Origin: Acidimicrobiia bacterium
GTDB lineage: Bacteria; Actinomycetota; Acidimicrobiia; Spongiisociales; ZC4RG35
DNA: 64,000 nt
Assembly (NCBI GenBank): GCA_965203555.1
Contig: CBDBCY010000004.1
Location: 1,984,001 to 2,048,000 of the forward strand
Reading direction: 5' to 3'
Positions 61,369 to 64,000 of this stretch are shown here, in pieces; positions within the stretch are counted from its first letter, which is position 1, and each line of letters starts with the position of its first letter. The position numbers and the translations under genes are program-made. Below the pieces are notes generated by a model that saw only the letters and a list, made by a program, of their open reading frames with translations, was not told where the DNA came from and did no database searches.

Positions 61369-62142
61369 CTATGCGACTCCGGGATGCCACCACTGTGCCT
61401 CCACCCGCCCGATGGCGTCGGAAGCGGCGGCTGTTGTTGTGGTTTCATCGTCGGGACTTTGTAGTGCTCCGGTTCCTACATTTCCCACCATCGAGGCCAC
61501 CTGCTCGATCGCGTCGGTGAAGATGTCGAAGACCGCTTCCAGCCGCACCAATGCCGCCCTGCGAGCCTCGCCGGTATCCGCGGACCGTAGTCCGTCCAGC
61601 ATCTCCGAGACCATGTCGGGCATCCGGCCGACTGCCGTTGCGGCCATCCGATGTGCTTGTGAAAAGTCGACCCCCGACGGCGCTTCGATCGATGCGAAGG
61701 CCTCGACCAAATCCCGGGTGCGTTGTACGGCATCCTCCAAGGCGGCTTCAGTATCCGAATAAGAGACAGACCCTCCGGACCGATTGTCCCATTGGTCGTT
61801 TACAGAGCGGACCTGTTCCACCAGCGCCTTTACACCGGTCTCGGCCGAGAGGAGGTCTCGGAGATAATTCGAAGCGGCCTCGGTGGGAAAGGTCGTGGTG
61901 GTAGTGGTGGCCGGCGCAGCAGTGGTCGTTGTTCCAGGCTGGACCGTGGTGGTGGTTACCGTGGCGATGGTGGTTGCCTGGGCCGAAGTGGTGGTCGGTG
62001 TCCCCGCGGCGCCTGCTGAAGTGGTCTCTGGAGCATCTGCCGCATCAGGCGAACATGACGCTCCCAGGGCAGGGAGCAACATGATCGCAACAAGGACACA
62101 GGACTTTCGGAGTGTGACAGAGGAGGTATGCACCGCTCTCAT
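61369..62142 (-). CDS. Uncharacterised helical lipoprotein, paralog 3
   Basis: Lipobox LGASC, Thr linker, DQWDNRS...SYSDTE...H...MLDGLRSADTGEAR. Confidence 0.8.
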   Translation of the reverse strand: MRAVHTSSVTLRKSCVLVAIMLLPALGASCSPDAADAPETTSAGAAGTPTTTSAQATTIATVTTTTVQPGTTTTAAPATTTTTTFPTEAASNYLRDLLSAETGVKALVEQVRSVNDQWDNRSGGSVSYSDTEAALEDAVQRTRDLVEAFASIEAPSGVDFSQAHRMAATAVGRMPDMVSEMLDGLRSADTGEARRAALVRLEAVFDIFTDAIEQVASMVGNVGTGALQSPDDETTTTAAASDAIGRVEAQWWHPGVA

Positions 62143-62219
62143 TCTCTAAAACAGCTTCGCTCCTCCTGAAAATACTCACATGGACGCGCAGAAGATGGGA
62201 TTGATCAAGTGGCAGGCGC

Positions 62220-62924
62220 CTACCGGGAGGTCTTACGTTTCCAGGCCTTGGACAGGTAGGGAATGGCTTCGGGGGTCTTGCAGGAGGTCTTTCCGTGGTC
62301 GACCTCGACTTTCCCTATCCGTCGCGCCGCCTGTATCGCCGCCCGACGCAAATGCGGGTTCCGACAGCCGATGGCAATCAAAGCGCCGTTCATGGAGTGC
62401 CGCACCCGGTTGGCTGCCCGCGAGATATAGTGTTCTATGTGAATCAAGCGGCCGCTGAAGTAGTCGTCGGGCAAGCCGCCCTTGGCGTCCAAGGCCTGGG
62501 AGGCTACCAGTGACCACCCGGTGGCGCCCACCCATTCATCTTCGGGGTCGGCAGTCCATTCCTGGGCGAAATCGTCTCTCAGGGAGGTTCGACCGACCAG
62601 CGACGCCAGGGCGTCGGCCAGAACGTAATTGTCGACATCCATGATCCTTTGGCGAATAATCTTGGCGGTGATCCGAGACGGATCATCCACCATGGTGGCC
62701 AAAACTCGCGCATCGTGGTTGCCGGACATCCACAGCTCTTGCGCCAATCGAGAATTGGGAGCCAGTCGTTTGGCAACTTTCCGCAGATTGGCGTAGCTGA
62801 CTCCGAACAGCGGCGCCTGCACGCCATGACGAGGATAGACCTTGCGATTCTGGGCGGTCCCGAGCACTTCCAACTCGGCCAGTGTCTCGTCATAAAGGGC
62901 GGATGAAATGACAGCGGGCGACAG
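62220..62924 (-). CDS. DNA alkylation repair protein (AlkD-like HEAT repeat)
   Basis: FGVSYANLRK.AK, LA.ELW.SGNHDAR.LA, MN.ALIAIG, VDHG.TSCKTP; probable CTG start at 62924 behind GGAGG (first canonical start TTG 62873). Confidence 0.85.
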   Translation of the reverse strand: MSPAVISSALYDETLAELEVLGTAQNRKVYPRHGVQAPLFGVSYANLRKVAKRLAPNSRLAQELWMSGNHDARVLATMVDDPSRITAKIIRQRIMDVDNYVLADALASLVGRTSLRDDFAQEWTADPEDEWVGATGWSLVASQALDAKGGLPDDYFSGRLIHIEHYISRAANRVRHSMNGALIAIGCRNPHLRRAAIQAARRIGKVEVDHGKTSCKTPEAIPYLSKAWKRKTSR

Positions 62925-63056
62925 GGTGTCTCCTCCAATGGTTGGCCTCGGTCTCGGTCCAGTTTAAGGTCCACGCGAAAATCTATCTATCTGTGACGGG
63001 CCTAAGGCTGAAGCACGCTCTTACCATTCCAGAGAAGTGGCTGAAAGGAGCCTGAT

Positions 63057-64000
63057 ATGAGCAACTTGACCGCGGCGGCTGATGCCGTCCTTGACGGGGT
63101 GACATCGGGAAGCCCACGGGTACCCGGCGTCGTGGCTTTGGCAACCAACCGTGACGGCAATATCTACGAAGGCGCGAGAGGGGTCCGCTCTCTTGGCAAC
63201 GGCGCGGCGATGACCACCGACACCATTTGCGCGATCTTCTCGACCACCAAGGCCATCGGTGGTACCGCCTGCCTGCAGTTGGTGGAGGAAGGCCGGCTCG
63301 ACCTTGACGCACCGGCCAAGAACTACACCCCCGACATAGGGGAACTGCAGGTACTGGACGGTTTCGACGACAACGGGGACCCGATGCTCCGGCCCCCGAA
63401 ACGTGATGTGACAACCAGGATGCTGCTCCTCCACACCGCAGGCCTGTCCTACTTTTTCTTCAACGAAACATACAATCGGTTGGCGCAGGACCACGGCCAG
63501 GTCAGCCCGGTCACCTCTTCCAAGGAATCCCTTATGACGCCCCTGCTTTTCGATCCGGGAGATCAGTGGGAGTACGGAACGAATATCGACTGGGCCGGTC
63601 AGGTGGTGGAAGGGATCACCGGCAAGCGCCTGGGCGAGGTGATGCAGGAGCGGATCTTCGAACCCCTGGGGATGGATTCCACGTCCTTTGACCTGAGCGA
63701 TGAGATGCGGAGTCGGATGGCTTTGATACATCACCGGGGCGACGACGGAGAGTTGACGCCTCTCGACTTCGAGTTGCCGCCGGATCCCGAGGTGCACATG
63801 GCCGGTCACGGCTTGTACTCGACCGTTGAGGACTACATGAAGTTCATTCGTATGTGGCTGAACGACGGCATGGGTCCCGGCGGGCAGGTCCTCGCCAGGG
63901 AGACCGTGGAGATGGCAGTCCAGAACGGGTTGGGAGAGATGAAGATCAAGGGTCTTCCCGCAGTGGACCCGTTTCTCACCAACTACGCCGAGTTCTTCCC
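63057..64000 (+). CDS. Serine hydrolase, beta-lactamase class C-like esterase (truncated by the window end; absent from the ORF track)
   Basis: RBS AAGGAG; [12 protein letters not shown]...PGVVA...FSTTK (SxxK), LLLHTAG, PL.FDPG..WEYG, PLGM. Confidence 0.92.
   Translation, partial: MSNLTAAADAVLDGVTSGSPRVPGVVALATNRDGNIYEGARGVRSLGNGAAMTTDTICAIFSTTKAIGGTACLQLVEEGRLDLDAPAKNYTPDIGELQVLDGFDDNGDPMLRPPKRDVTTRMLLLHTAGLSYFFFNETYNRLAQDHGQVSPVTSSKESLMTPLLFDPGDQWEYGTNIDWAGQVVEGITGKRLGEVMQERIFEPLGMDSTSFDLSDEMRSRMALIHHRGDDGELTPLDFELPPDPEVHMAGHGLYSTVEDYMKFIRMWLNDGMGPGGQVLARETVEMAVQNGLGEMKIKGLPAVDPFLTNYAEFF

Noticed and set aside
63021-63809. 262-aa minus-strand ORF
   Set aside because: It is antisense to the real plus-strand serine hydrolase starting at 63057, which the track missed because it runs off the window.

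Overview
High-GC actinobacterial chromosome segment spanning the replication origin. Gene content suggests Acidimicrobiia, possibly a MAG; this is inference. From left to right: (1) a decayed island edge next to tRNA-Ala, with a frameshifted integrase arm-domain relic, a duplicated 49-bp element, a paralog relic and an intact AlbA_2/HATPase/wHTH gene; (2) divergent tRNA-Ala and tRNA-Ile; (3) DUF3566-gyrA-gyrB-dciA-recF-dnaN-oriC-dnaA; (4) a cobT-cobS-cobU block inserted between dnaA and rpmH; (5) rpmH-rnpA-yidD-yidC-jag converging on an inverted rsmG-parA-parB block with parS sites; (6) cwlM-like, trxA, trxB, a pseudokinase, an HDAC-family deacetylase, the CCA-adding enzyme and an M1 peptidase; (7) argCJBD-R-GH without argF; (8) a DUF433/DUF5615 toxin-antitoxin pair, an amino-acid ABC transporter without a binding protein, a small Cys/His protein, acs, lnt, suhB, an M3 peptidase and a LiaF-like protein; (9) a ROK-regulated operon of M20 hydrolase, sugar ABC transporter, YhfX-like PLP enzyme and nagB; (10) three paralogous uncharacterised helical lipoproteins interrupted by mazEF, then an alkD-like gene and a truncated serine hydrolase. 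The strongest leads are the exact 1004-bp internal duplication of the sugar-binding protein gene with an extreme G/T third-position signature, the probable uncharacterised amino-sugar catabolic operon, the WDNRS lipoprotein family, and the repeat/relic structure at the left edge. All product calls come from motif recognition by eye; no database searches were run.
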